Positions 45,379-54,725 of a stretch of DNA of 63,575 bases are shown here, piece after piece. The DNA is from an uncultured Pseudomonadota bacterium (GTDB lineage Bacteria; Pseudomonadota; Alphaproteobacteria; Rs-D84): contig CADAFS010000005.1 in the NCBI GenBank assembly GCA_902787305.1, positions 1 through 63,575 of the forward strand, given 5' to 3'. Position numbers and translations under genes: made by a program. Within the stretch, counting starts at the first letter, position 1. Every line of letters begins with the position of its first letter. The notes below the pieces were generated by a model that saw only the letters and a program-made list of their open reading frames with translations, was not told the origin of the DNA and searched no databases.

Positions 45379-46676
45379 TTTTTTGCGCCCCCGGCCACCA
45401 ATTTAATCGCGTCCGCGACCGACAGGGTTTTCTGTTCACCCGTTGCCATATCTTTTACAGACACTTGCTTATTTTTAACTTCATCTTCGCCAATTATCAT
45501 ACTGTATTTAGCCATAATTTTATCAGCGTATTCGATTTGATTTTTGAACTTTTTATCCGTATCCAAATACGCGACCGACGATATTTTCGCATCCCGCAGG
45601 GCACTTTCGACCGTCAAAGCATATTGCAAGTTATCATCACCCATAACAAGAATCGCAACATCAATTGGACGCTGCCACCGCGACAAATCAATCTTGCCCA
45701 TTTCCATAAGCGCGACCAATAGACGCGACACACCAATGGACGCCCCAACCCCAACAATCTTGGTTTTGGAAAATTTAGACACCAAATCTTCATACCGACC
45801 ACCCCCACCGACCGCCGGCAACTCAGGATAATCGACCGAGAAAAATTCAAACACAATTCCGGTATAATACGCATGCCCACGCATAATCGAAACATCAATT
45901 TCGGCGTTTTTAACACCCATAACATCCAACAATTTCATAAAATTATCCATTTCGTTTATCGCGGCATCAAGGTTATCAGTTTTGTTTAAGAATGAACGAT
46001 AACCATTGGTAAATACAGAATTTATTTCATTTGCCCTATCCGCACCAACGGTGTCACGCAGGCCTTCGGCAAAGTCCGAAATCTTGTCTTTTTTATCAAC
46101 CAGGACGAAAACCGCGCGCGATTGTTCCGCGGTCAGGTTTAGGTATTCAAACATCGCATTCCAAAACCGGCGATTGCCCACCTTTACCTTTACCGACCCG
46201 ACAATATCGGAAATAGATTCATACATCCGCGCAAGCGTCGCAACAATTTCCGCATCATAATTTGTTGACAAACCCTGAATTCCCAAAACATCGATATCCA
46301 TTTGCCAAAATTCACGATAACGCCCACGCTGTGGCCTTTCACCACGATAGTTTCGCGCGAATTGATACACACGGAACGGAAAAGCCAAATCATTTATATG
46401 CCCCGCAACAAAACGCGAAAGCCCGACCGTTCCGTCATACCGCAACCCCATTTTGGTGTCGCCCTTTTGGAACAAAAATATCTGTGTTTCAATTTCGTCC
46501 CAGTTATCTTTGTCGGTCAACACTTCGGCCCGTTCAATTGCCGGCAAATCAAGCCGCGAATACCCCGCATATTTCAAAACTTCCTGCATCCGGCGGGCGC
46601 ATTCGTCAAAACAACGCTGTTGCGCCGGTAATAATTCTATAAATCCCGATAAAGGTTTTGTTGGTTTCAAATCCAT
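45375..46676 (-). CDS. hisS: histidine--tRNA ligase
   Basis: Class II motifs ([39 protein letters not shown]). Its TGA stop overlaps the prfA ATG (ATGA) and is followed at once by TAA. Confidence 0.9.
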   Translation of the reverse strand: MDLKPTKPLSGFIELLPAQQRCFDECARRMQEVLKYAGYSRLDLPAIERAEVLTDKDNWDEIETQIFLFQKGDTKMGLRYDGTVGLSRFVAGHINDLAFPFRVYQFARNYRGERPQRGRYREFWQMDIDVLGIQGLSTNYDAEIVATLARMYESISDIVGSVKVKVGNRRFWNAMFEYLNLTAEQSRAVFVLVDKKDKISDFAEGLRDTVGADRANEINSVFTNGYRSFLNKTDNLDAAINEMDNFMKLLDVMGVKNAEIDVSIMRGHAYYTGIVFEFFSVDYPELPAVGGGGRYEDLVSKFSKTKIVGVGASIGVSRLLVALMEMGKIDLSRWQRPIDVAILVMGDDNLQYALTVESALRDAKISSVAYLDTDKKFKNQIEYADKIMAKYSMIIGEDEVKNKQVSVKDMATGEQKTLSVADAIKLVAGGAKK

Positions 46677-46832
46677 CTTATTTCCCCTATTCTATTATTT
46701 TACATGGTTGACCGGGCATTTGCCCATTGATTTTTCTAAAAAAACATGGCTAATAACACACACCCGAACGGGCGTGATGGTGCGCAAAAAAGAACACTTT
46801 CTGTATCATCATGCAACGATTATACATAAACC

Positions 46833-47462
46833 CTATGGATTTTTCAATATATTTTTCCGCCCTGCCCGGATTTGGTGGTGCAAATTTAGTAATTTAAGGA
46901 ACATATAAACATCTATGGCCGCATAAACGAACAAATATATCGCCAAACATACCACCATTATGGCCCCGGCGATTTCTGGAAACACCAATAATCCCCCTGA
47001 TAAAACCAGCATTATAATTGATGCAATCAAATCAACACGATAGTATCCAAACCCTATGCGCAACATATTTATCGCAAAAAACAGCATTCGCAACGCATTC
47101 AGCAAGAACAACACCGCAAACACATATATCAGCCCCACCGCCGCATCATGCGGATAGACACAAAACACCACACCCAAAATCAATGTCACCAGCCCAAAAA
47201 ACACATCATACGCGCCGATACTAACCCCAAGGTTCGAAACAAAAACCATACTAACGCGATACAACCCAAACACAACCAGCACCGCGCCAATTATAAACGT
47301 TAGCATCCCCAAAAACTCAATCGGACGCACCAACATTAAAATGCCGACAATTGTGAACAAAATCGCCTCGCCTACCAGCAATGGTGCGGTATTACGATAA
47401 ATCCGCTTAATAACTTCACCAATTTTTTCACGCCGTGTTCCCGGGATAAATCCAATTTGCAT
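46833..47462 (-). CDS. DUF308/HdeD-like membrane protein
   Basis: Six hydrophobic helices with a repeated small-residue pattern. Assignment is tentative. Confidence 0.5.
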   Translation of the reverse strand: MQIGFIPGTRREKIGEVIKRIYRNTAPLLVGEAILFTIVGILMLVRPIEFLGMLTFIIGAVLVVFGLYRVSMVFVSNLGVSIGAYDVFFGLVTLILGVVFCVYPHDAAVGLIYVFAVLFLLNALRMLFFAINMLRIGFGYYRVDLIASIIMLVLSGGLLVFPEIAGAIMVVCLAIYLFVYAAIDVYMFLKLLNLHHQIRAGRKNILKNP

Positions 47463-47579
47463 AATTCACCTCGCCCTTTCGCGAATGTATTCTATCATAT
47501 TTCCCCACCCCAATGCAACCCGAATAAATACATAAAAACTTTGTTGCAAGGGGGCGCACGCCATATTATATTAAAAGGC

Positions 47580-48260
47580 ATGAAATATACAGATGCACAT
47601 TGTCATATTTTTTCTGCGCCCGCCGGCAATATCACCGGCCAGGTTTGTAATGCAACAACCGCGGCCGATTGGGGAAAACTTGTCCAAAATGCGGACGACC
47701 GCACACATGTCTGCATCGGTATTCACCCATGGTATATTGATTCCGTAACCCCCGATTGGGCGGATTGCATGCGCGAAATCCTGTTGTCAAATCCACAAAT
47801 TATGGTTGGCGAAATTGGAATTGATAAATATCACCCAGACATTGACCGGCAAATCGAATTTTTTGCCCAACAAATTGAAATCGCAATTGAAATGAACCGC
47901 CCCACGCACTTGCACTGTGTCGGCGCATGGGACAAAGTGCTACATATATTAAAGGGCCACGGCCCCCGCATTCCGATTATCGCACACGCGTTTGGCGGAA
48001 ACACGGCAATTATGACCGCACTTGCGGAATATAACACATATTTTTCATACGGGATGCGTGGCGACCACATTGCCGATACGGCAAAAATCGCCCCAGTGGA
48101 TAAAATCTTGGTCGAAAGTGATTCCGACACATCAACCGCGCAGGCCGAAATTTTGGCGACCGCCACGCGCGAAATTGCAAAACTGCGCGGATGCGATGTG
48201 CGCGAATTAAACGAACAAATCAACAAAAATTTCACGGGGGTTATAAACTATGCCGGATAG
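47580..48260 (+). CDS. TatD-family metal-dependent hydrolase
   Basis: DAHCH start motif, GEIGID, and later His and Asp ligands. ATG at 47580. Confidence 0.8.
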   Translation: MKYTDAHCHIFSAPAGNITGQVCNATTAADWGKLVQNADDRTHVCIGIHPWYIDSVTPDWADCMREILLSNPQIMVGEIGIDKYHPDIDRQIEFFAQQIEIAIEMNRPTHLHCVGAWDKVLHILKGHGPRIPIIAHAFGGNTAIMTALAEYNTYFSYGMRGDHIADTAKIAPVDKILVESDSDTSTAQAEILATATREIAKLRGCDVRELNEQINKNFTGVINYAG

Positions 48261-48936
48261 ATTACACAGATGCCGTCTGTTAGTCGGCGAAGAAAATTTA
48301 GCAAAATTGCAACACGCAACCGTCATGGTCGTCGGGTGCGGCGCGGTCGGTTCTTTTGCCATCGAAGCATTGGCCCGTTCGGGTATCGGGCACATAATTT
48401 TGGTCGATTTCGACGAAATCGAAGAATCAAATATCAACCGGCAACTGTTTGCCACACAAAACACATTAGGACACAAGAAAACAACGGCGGCCCGCGAACG
48501 AATTGCCGCTATTTCACCGGACATTCTGGTCACCGAATTGGACATTTTTTTCGACACCGGCACCCTGCCCCCCATGCGTCCCGACTTTGTCATCGACGCC
48601 ATCGACACAATCGCGTCCAAAATTGCACTTTACGAATGGTGCGAACAAAATGGTATCCCCTTTATATCATCAATGGGCGCGGCACGCAAAACCGACCCGG
48701 CCCAGGTTAAAATAGCCAAACTTTCAAAAACGATCGCCTGCCCGCTGGCACGACAAATCCGAAAGTTAGTCCGCGAACGGGGCCTGGGCGATTTTCCGGT
48801 TGTGTTTTCCACCGAACCACCCGCACCACAAAAAACACCCGACAAAAATATGGGATCAATCATAACCGTCACCGGAACATTCGGCCTGGCCGCCGCAAAT
48901 CACACAATAAAATATATAGTAAATTCAAATGATTAA
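48250..48936 (+). CDS. tcdA: tRNA threonylcarbamoyladenosine dehydratase (ThiF/MoeB fold)
   Basis: V.VVGCGAVGS.A.EALARSG.G...LVDFD.....N.NRQ motif. Overlaps the tatD end by 11 nt. Confidence 0.75.
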   Translation: MPDRLHRCRLLVGEENLAKLQHATVMVVGCGAVGSFAIEALARSGIGHIILVDFDEIEESNINRQLFATQNTLGHKKTTAARERIAAISPDILVTELDIFFDTGTLPPMRPDFVIDAIDTIASKIALYEWCEQNGIPFISSMGAARKTDPAQVKIAKLSKTIACPLARQIRKLVRERGLGDFPVVFSTEPPAPQKTPDKNMGSIITVTGTFGLAAANHTIKYIVNSND

Positions 48937-49092
48937 AGCAAAGAATTAAAACAATTTATTGTACAAAATCTTCTGAAAATTCCGCCCCAGTTTTGAAACG
49001 ACGTTTTTGAAAACATTCCTTTTGCAAAAAATACGCGTTTCATCAATAGTTGTCACAACAGGCATACTTAACCAATACGTGGAAGAACGCAT

Positions 49093-49614
49093 ATGAAAAA
49101 AATTTTGATATATTCGTTATTATTAACTGGTTGCAATAATTATCAACCCAGTGCACATTCAGATATTTATTTAACCACTATGTCTGGCACAGGCCAAAAA
49201 ATAGGCGAAATTTCTTTTACGGACACCCCAAATGGAATGTTAGTAAACGTCAACTTGCATAATCTGCCATCGGGCGAGCATGGTTTTCATATTCACGAAA
49301 ACCCCAATTGCGCCCCAGATATCGATGCCAACGGGAATTTGCAACCCGCCCTCAGTGCCGGTGGTCACTATGACCCCGAAAAAACCGGCCATCATATGGG
49401 TCCCAACCAAGCCGATGGGCACAAAGGCGACCTGCCGGTTCTGACCGTGCCCATGGATGGCACCGTTAACGTGTCTTTTAGTGTCCCAAATTTAAAAGTC
49501 CAAGAGATTAAAAACCGCTCAATTATGATTCATGCGGGCGGTGATAATTACAGTGATACGCCCGCGACACTGGGCGGCGGTGGCGCACGCATTGCATGTG
49601 GTGTAATTAATTAA
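49093..49614 (+). CDS. sodC: Cu/Zn superoxide dismutase (lipoprotein form)
   Basis: Lipobox LLLTGC. GFHIHE, GGHYDP, GDLP and IHAGGDNYSD.P..LGGGGARIACGVI motifs. Confidence 0.9.
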   Translation: MKKILIYSLLLTGCNNYQPSAHSDIYLTTMSGTGQKIGEISFTDTPNGMLVNVNLHNLPSGEHGFHIHENPNCAPDIDANGNLQPALSAGGHYDPEKTGHHMGPNQADGHKGDLPVLTVPMDGTVNVSFSVPNLKVQEIKNRSIMIHAGGDNYSDTPATLGGGGARIACGVIN

Positions 49615-49684
49615 ATTAAACTTGGATATCGCCACGGCATTCCCAAGGCACAAATTAAAATCGGCCACACGCCGATTTAAATTT

Positions 49685-49803
49685 CTGGTCGTGCTTAATA
49701 ACCAATTTGCGAACTATTAATTATGCTGATTTAATTAACATTGGTCTGGAAATTGATAACTCGAAAGACAAACTGGGATTGGTGAATTTGCGTTGAACAA
49801 ATG
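49685..49803. repeat. about 119-bp direct repeat, copy 1 (partner 51957..52074)
   Basis: ctggtcgtgctta..aac..tttgcgaac.att.att.t...atttaat.a....gaaat.ga.aac.c.aaagacaaactg.g.t.ggt.aa.ttgcgtt.aac.aatg aligns by eye at roughly 70% identity. Confidence 0.75.
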
Positions 49804-49946
49804 TGTTTTATCGCAAACGGGTAATTTAATAAAAAAATGGGGTGTCTGAAAATTTACACATCGTCCCATTATATATAATATTATAATACCAAAATACCAC
49901 AGTGTAAACGGGTAATTACAACCGTTATTGAAAGCAAATACTACAA

Positions 49947-50468
49947 TTAATCATCATCTATCCAGTATCTGGAAGCTTGTTTGTCTGGCACACTTGTACT
50001 ATTATCTATCATTGTATCTAAAACATCCATGGCAGCAACAATATCAATATTGTTTTTATGCAACAGACTAATAAAAGATTCTTTAAGTTTTCTATCGGAT
50101 TTTTTATCCACAATAACATCCCTTATGTAAGTCAGATTATCAGCATTAACTGGTTTCTTTGCATTCTTTAACACAGATGTGAAATAATCTTGGAGTATTT
50201 TAACCCGATTTTGTCCTTCTTTTTTTCTATTTTTATATCCAGTGCAAATTTCTGGTTTCCACATATATAATAAGGCAGATAAAATGAGTGGTAAACCCAT
50301 TACAACAAAATACCGATATGTTTCCTCACAAAAATCACGACTAAAAAGATACCTACATGCTCCATTATAACCATTATCTGTCAAAACAAAGAAAAATGCT
50401 ATTTCATATATTACAAAAAAAGTTATTACTACTTTTTCCAGCTTTGTGAGCATATGTTTTTGTAACAT
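49947..50468 (-). CDS. hypothetical membrane protein (AT-rich islet, gene 3 of 3)
   Basis: Two N-terminal TM helices plus a Lys-rich soluble tail ending in WIDDD. No family recognised. Confidence 0.5.
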   Translation of the reverse strand: MLQKHMLTKLEKVVITFFVIYEIAFFFVLTDNGYNGACRYLFSRDFCEETYRYFVVMGLPLILSALLYMWKPEICTGYKNRKKEGQNRVKILQDYFTSVLKNAKKPVNADNLTYIRDVIVDKKSDRKLKESFISLLHKNNIDIVAAMDVLDTMIDNSTSVPDKQASRYWIDDD

Positions 50469-50482
50469 GATAATTCTCCTTT

Positions 50483-50827
50483 TTAATATCCATTAGCCGT
50501 AAATATTGGCATGATTATAATTCCCAAAACAAATCTGACGAACAAAACCAGTAGTGATACAAGTATCGTTTTGCCTATCAGTCCCTTTTTCTTGGTTAAA
50601 TCACTAGTATGAACAATTATAAACTTAGATATTACAAATTGAATAACAACAGAAATCCCTGCATTATAAGTATTCCCGTTCAGAACTTCTACTAGCATAT
50701 GAAAGATAGCAAAACAAACCAAAGTCCAATTTACAATAGTTCTATTGTGTTTTTCCAATGCTTCTTTGAAATTAACATCTGTTTTTTTACTGTCAACCGA
50801 TTTTATAGAATATTGCTCTACCGCCAT
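50483..50827 (-). CDS. hypothetical 3-TM membrane protein (AT-rich islet, gene 2 of 3)
   Basis: 114 aa with three hydrophobic helices. 14-nt gap to the downstream ORF. Confidence 0.5.
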   Translation of the reverse strand: MAVEQYSIKSVDSKKTDVNFKEALEKHNRTIVNWTLVCFAIFHMLVEVLNGNTYNAGISVVIQFVISKFIIVHTSDLTKKKGLIGKTILVSLLVLFVRFVLGIIIMPIFTANGY

Positions 50828-50914
50828 TATCTGCCCCTTAATCTTTCATTAAATCTTCATTGCCACTCACTTTTGCAAGAGCACAAAACATTACTATACG
50901 TAATTTTCTATTTT

Positions 50915-51382
50915 TCATTTTATAACTCCATACTTATTTATGAAGTAATCACGACCCTTAGATTCATATTCACCACTACATAAAGTTATACTGATGCCTA
51001 ACATTGGTTCTTTCGGCGCATTTTTTAGATTATTTATATTCTCTTCTGTAAACTTTTGTCCAGACCGAGCCAAACTTAAAATACTTTTTACAAAATCTAT
51101 CCGGTTTGTTTCTGCTGCACATTTACATATGTATCCAGATGCTATTATTTCATCCAAAGTATGTGTGGTTCCTGGTTTTATCAGATAATTTTGACACATT
51201 TCTTCAACCATTTTATCTTCTCCAAAAACATCATCATATATAGCATTGATTGCAACAATTGCAGTATTCATTCGTTTCTGTTTAGGCAATTTATACCCAA
51301 AATACCAACCAGAAACAGCTAACAACATAATTACACAAATTGTTATAAATCCAAAAACCAAAGATTGTTTATTTAATTTCAT
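50915..51382 (-). CDS. hypothetical N-anchored protein (AT-rich islet, gene 1 of 3)
   Basis: AAGGAGAA RBS, one N-terminal TM and a soluble domain of about 120 aa. Confidence 0.5.
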   Translation of the reverse strand: MKLNKQSLVFGFITICVIMLLAVSGWYFGYKLPKQKRMNTAIVAINAIYDDVFGEDKMVEEMCQNYLIKPGTTHTLDEIIASGYICKCAAETNRIDFVKSILSLARSGQKFTEENINNLKNAPKEPMLGISITLCSGEYESKGRDYFINKYGVIK

Positions 51383-51603
51383 ATGATTCTCCTTGTTTGA
51401 AACAGAAATATAATCCCCTTACTTTCATAATGCGCCCCATTTATTAAAAAATCAAACCCCCAAAGAGACGACCCTAATGTGATTATAAAATATCAAATGC
51501 AAAATGTAAATCCCCAATTATGAAAAAAATCATTAAATTCTTCGTTTCGGACATATTCCAGAACCATACAGAAACCATTAAATTTTGACATTAAAAAATG
51601 TTA

Positions 51604-51683
51604 GGCGAAAGGATTATAATTCCTACTCGCGATGTTTCGTGGACCCCTTTCACTGCGCGCCCCCTGGTGCGCTTGTTCCGAAC
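51604..51683. repeat. conserved about 80-bp element end beginning with a tRNA-Pro(TGG) 3' fragment (partner 24485..24566)
   Basis: ggcgaaaggatt (= tRNA-Pro TGG 3' part), then ataattcc.act....ttcg.gg.cccctt.cactgcgcgc.c...gtgcgcttgttccgaac. The partner begins with cggggcgacaggaat (= tRNA-Pro GGG 3' part). Confidence 0.75.
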
Positions 51684-51765
51684 CTGGCAACTGCGTTGCG
51701 ATGTATCGAACCTTGGGAACCACAAGGCACAAATTAAAATCGGCCGCACGCCGATTTGAATTTCG

Positions 51766-51779
51766 TGGTCGGGGCGACA
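51766..51779 (-). repeat. 14-nt fragment identical to the 3' end of tRNA-Pro(GGG)
   Basis: tggtcggggcgaca equals 24687-24700. Candidate att-type remnant. Confidence 0.6.
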
Positions 51780-51911
51780 ATGAGTAGGCAAGCCGTGCAT
51801 CCAAATATGGATGCCGGCGAACCGTCACGAATGCCACGCAGGCACCTGTGCCGAGGGAAAGATTCGAACATTGACAAATTTTTTGTCGTTTGAATCCACA
51901 GTTCCACCATA

Positions 51912-51956
51912 GTTTAACAAAAAATACCACCATTTCGGTGGTATTTTTTGTTAAAC
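51912..51956. terminator. perfect 20-bp-stem palindrome / bidirectional terminator
   Basis: gtttaacaaaaaataccacc-atttc-ggtggtattttttgttaaac. Confidence 0.7.
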
Positions 51957-52074
51957 CTGGTCGTGCTTAGTGAACAGTTTGCGAACCATTGATTATTCTT
52001 ATTTAATCAATATCAAACAAGAAATCGACAACGCAAAAGACAAACTGTGTTCGGTAAACTTGCGTTAACTAATG
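51957..52074. repeat. about 119-bp direct repeat, copy 2
   Basis: See 49685..49803. Its end overlaps the last codons of the 52065 CDS. Confidence 0.75.
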
Positions 52075-52751
52075 TAATCTGCCATCATCTTTTCAACTGT
52101 ACCGGGCAAATCCGATTTTATTGTTTCTGGTGTAATGTATGCATTAGCAAAAGAATCTGCAAACATTGAACGAACAGGGGCTTTGATAAATTCATAACAA
52201 ATCAATTCCACTATTCTCTCTTTCAAATCCTGTGGAACTTTATATTTTTGAATAATTGGTTTTTCTATCAGCATATGTACAAATTCATGAAAAAGCGTGT
52301 TTAATACAACATTTTTATCATCTGGATAACGTGACATCCTAAAATCTATGATAGCATGTTGTTCATCTTTACGGTTGTAACTTGCACCACGTCCAAAAGT
52401 ACATAAAATATCAAGTTTTTCTGGCATGGTTGCATTCCAAGACGGTAATAATGGCACCAGAAACTTGTTTATTGCATCTTCTAATTTTGGTTTTATATAT
52501 GATTCAAATATATCATCGAACCTATTTAAACATGAAACATTACGATTATAAATACCCACAAATTTATCGTGACAAAGTTTAATTTCTTGTTCAGATAAAT
52601 TTGGTGTATTAAACGATTCAAACATTGGTTTTGGAATAAAAGGCCAACAGGAATAACCACACTTTTTTAAATCTCTATGATACATAACATAACAGTTGCT
52701 TATGCATTGCCATGCTTCATCAAGAGTCATTGGTCGCATTGTTATTTCCAT
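52065..52751 (-). CDS. hypothetical protein with HExxH metallopeptidase-like motif
   Basis: LFHEFVHMLIE is the only recognisable motif. AT-rich. Confidence 0.5.
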   Translation of the reverse strand: MEITMRPMTLDEAWQCISNCYVMYHRDLKKCGYSCWPFIPKPMFESFNTPNLSEQEIKLCHDKFVGIYNRNVSCLNRFDDIFESYIKPKLEDAINKFLVPLLPSWNATMPEKLDILCTFGRGASYNRKDEQHAIIDFRMSRYPDDKNVVLNTLFHEFVHMLIEKPIIQKYKVPQDLKERIVELICYEFIKAPVRSMFADSFANAYITPETIKSDLPGTVEKMMADYIS

Positions 52752-52897
52752 AAATAATCCTTTTTCAATATGTTTGATTATACCACAAAATGTTATATAT
52801 AATATATAAATAAATTTTAAAAACCGTTCAGTACAGATGGTTTTTTGTTATGTTGCTTTAATTTTGAGATACAACCGCCATTTAGCAGATTTTTTAC

Positions 52898-53269
52898 CTA
52901 ACGAGATGTGCGTTTTTCTGTTTGTTTTTTCGCAAGTGCTTGTGTCGCAAGTTGAATAAATTTTAACAATTCTTCTTCGCTCATGCCGTCCAATTTGTCC
53001 TTGATTGTTTTGTCTTTCGACTGTTTTTTAGAATATTCGATTTCTTTAGCTTCTGAGCGTGCTAAAACTATTTCCTTTTCTTTTTTTGCTTCCCGTTCAA
53101 AAGACTCCCAACCCCACTTGGAATCGCATACACAATCGCAATCTATATCGCAACTATAATCATTGCAACTTCCGTAACAATTATCACTACTGGTGTTGTC
53201 AGTATGTACATTTATATTACTAAAACCGTATGCGACCATTTTGTCAAAATCATAAGATTTTCCTGGCAT
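52898..53269 (-). CDS. hypothetical small protein with Cys/Asp-rich N-terminus and Lys/Glu-rich helical C-terminus
   Basis: CYGSCNDYSCDIDCDCVCD followed by charged helical sequence. AGGTG RBS-like sequence upstream. Confidence 0.45.
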   Translation of the reverse strand: MPGKSYDFDKMVAYGFSNINVHTDNTSSDNCYGSCNDYSCDIDCDCVCDSKWGWESFEREAKKEKEIVLARSEAKEIEYSKKQSKDKTIKDKLDGMSEEELLKFIQLATQALAKKQTEKRTSR

Positions 53270-53526
53270 CTTACACCTCTTTCGTTTGTGTTAACACAAA
53301 ATAACACAAAAAATAACACCTGTCAAGTTTTTTGTTACTCATGTTAATGCGAGGCGATGTAGCAATTTTTTTTAAACTCATGAAAAAGGTTAGTTTTCCT
53401 AACATTTTTCTTAAAAAGTTCGAGAACAAGATAAAAATAGCCATTTTGAAAAACACAACTCTCGAACTCGGTGTAAGTATTAGAAAACAAAACAGAAACC
53501 GCTCTTGATGAGCGGTTTGGAATCTG

Positions 53527-53603
53527 TGGTCGGGGCGAAAGGATTCGAACCTTCGACACCTTGCTCCCAAAGCAAGTACTCTACCAGACTGAGCTACGCC
53601 CCG
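53527..53603 (-). tRNA. tRNA-Pro (anticodon TGG)
   Basis: Acceptor CGGGGCG/CGCCCCG, anticodon loop TTTGGGA, T-loop GGTTCGAATCC, encoded CCA. Confidence 0.9.
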
Positions 53604-53709
53604 ATGTGCCACAAATTATATATTATTTTTTACTTAACGCAAGTGTTATTTATACCAGTCGTTGACAAATAAATCTTTTTTGTAATAATAACAAAAAAAA
53701 GGAATTCAT

Positions 53710-54120
53710 ATGTCCGAAAATAAAACCCCACGTGTTGGAATTGGTTGTTGGATTTTTAATCCGGCGGGGCAAGTGTTGCTTGGGCGGCGACTTTCAACGC
53801 ATGGTTTTGGCACATGGGCGCCACCGGGCGGTAAACTTGAATTTAACGAAGAACCCGCAGATTGTGCTGCACGTGAACTGCGCGAAGAAACCGGAATAAT
53901 TATCCCCGAAAAAAAATTCCACCTTGTTGGCATCACCAGTGATATTTACCCAGATTCACACTATATCACCCTGCACTATCGCGCGGATGGTATTACGGGT
54001 GAACCAAAACTTATGGAACAGGAAAAATGCGCCGAATGGCGGTGGTTTTCACTTGATAATTTACCAGGTCCGTTGTTTCTTTCGGCACAAAATTTACTGA
54101 AAACACACACCCGAATATAA
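53710..54120 (+). CDS. NUDIX hydrolase
   Basis: Nudix box GGKLEFNEEPADCAARELREETGI. Confidence 0.85.
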   Translation: MSENKTPRVGIGCWIFNPAGQVLLGRRLSTHGFGTWAPPGGKLEFNEEPADCAARELREETGIIIPEKKFHLVGITSDIYPDSHYITLHYRADGITGEPKLMEQEKCAEWRWFSLDNLPGPLFLSAQNLLKTHTRI

Positions 54121-54183
54121 TCCTTTTGATTTTCGGTGTTGGCGCACTATATAATTCACATGGAAACAAGAAAAGGAGAAACC

Positions 54184-54660
54184 ATGAAAAAAACACTTGT
54201 TGCGTATTTTAGTGCAACCGAAACAACGCGTGGACTGGCCGAAGATTTGGCGGCGGCGATTGGTGCCGATTTGTTTGAAATTGTGCCGGCGGAAAAATAC
54301 ACAACCGATGACCTTGATTGGACAAATAAACTAAGCCGCACAACGACGGAAATGAACAACCGCGCGTGTCGCCCAAAAATTGCAAAGAAAACCCCAGACC
54401 TTTCAAAATATGAAACGATTTTTGTCGGTTTTCCGATATGGTGGTATCGCGAACCGTCAATCATCGACACATTTATGGAATCTTATGATTTTGCGAACAA
54501 AACAATTGTTCCATTCGCCACATCCGGGGGCAGTCCGATTGGTGATGCCGGCAAAAATATGCAGAAACTTGCGCCCGACGCACGCGTTGAACGCGGCGCC
54601 CGCCTGGACACCGGCCTTTCGCCGGATGCCCTGCGCGAATGGGCAAAAAAGTGGATGTGA
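54184..54660 (+). CDS. flavodoxin
   Basis: AAAGGAGAA RBS, KTLVAYFSATETT FMN-phosphate loop, WW.Y.EP motif, about 158 aa. Confidence 0.75.
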   Translation: MKKTLVAYFSATETTRGLAEDLAAAIGADLFEIVPAEKYTTDDLDWTNKLSRTTTEMNNRACRPKIAKKTPDLSKYETIFVGFPIWWYREPSIIDTFMESYDFANKTIVPFATSGGSPIGDAGKNMQKLAPDARVERGARLDTGLSPDALREWAKKWM

Positions 54661-54692
54661 GTTAGTGGTTAGTGTAAGTGTTAGTGCTAGTG
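54661..54692 (+). repeat. TAGTG-type array directly after the flavodoxin TGA
   Basis: gttagtggttagtgtaagtgttagtgctagtg, five units with TAG/TAA in all three frames. Confidence 0.85.
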
Positions 54693-54717
54693 AAACGGCG
54701 CAAACGCGCCGTTTTGT
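54693..54717. terminator. bidirectional terminator between flavodoxin and the efflux operon
   Basis: aaacggcgc-aaac-gcgccgtttt. Confidence 0.75.
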
Positions 54718-54725
54718 ATAAAAAA

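Noticed and set aside
51766-51960. tmRNA or a degenerate tRNA gene, suggested by tRNA-like ends and a gattcgaac T-loop-like string.
   Set aside because: No acceptor or T-arm pairing can be drawn, and there is no tag-peptide reading frame. It is better explained as tRNA-Pro fragments (att remnants) plus hairpins.
49685-52074. Integron-like cassette array with the 119-bp repeats acting as attC sites.
   Set aside because: Only one copy ends in a GTTRRRY-compatible core (GTTGAAC). There is no matching inverse core and no intI integrase in the window.
53470-53484. An additional TAGTG-type array (ggtgtaagtattag).
   Set aside because: It is a single weak unit whose nearest neighbour (the tRNA-Pro 3' end) would break the orientation rule. 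It is too short to count either way.
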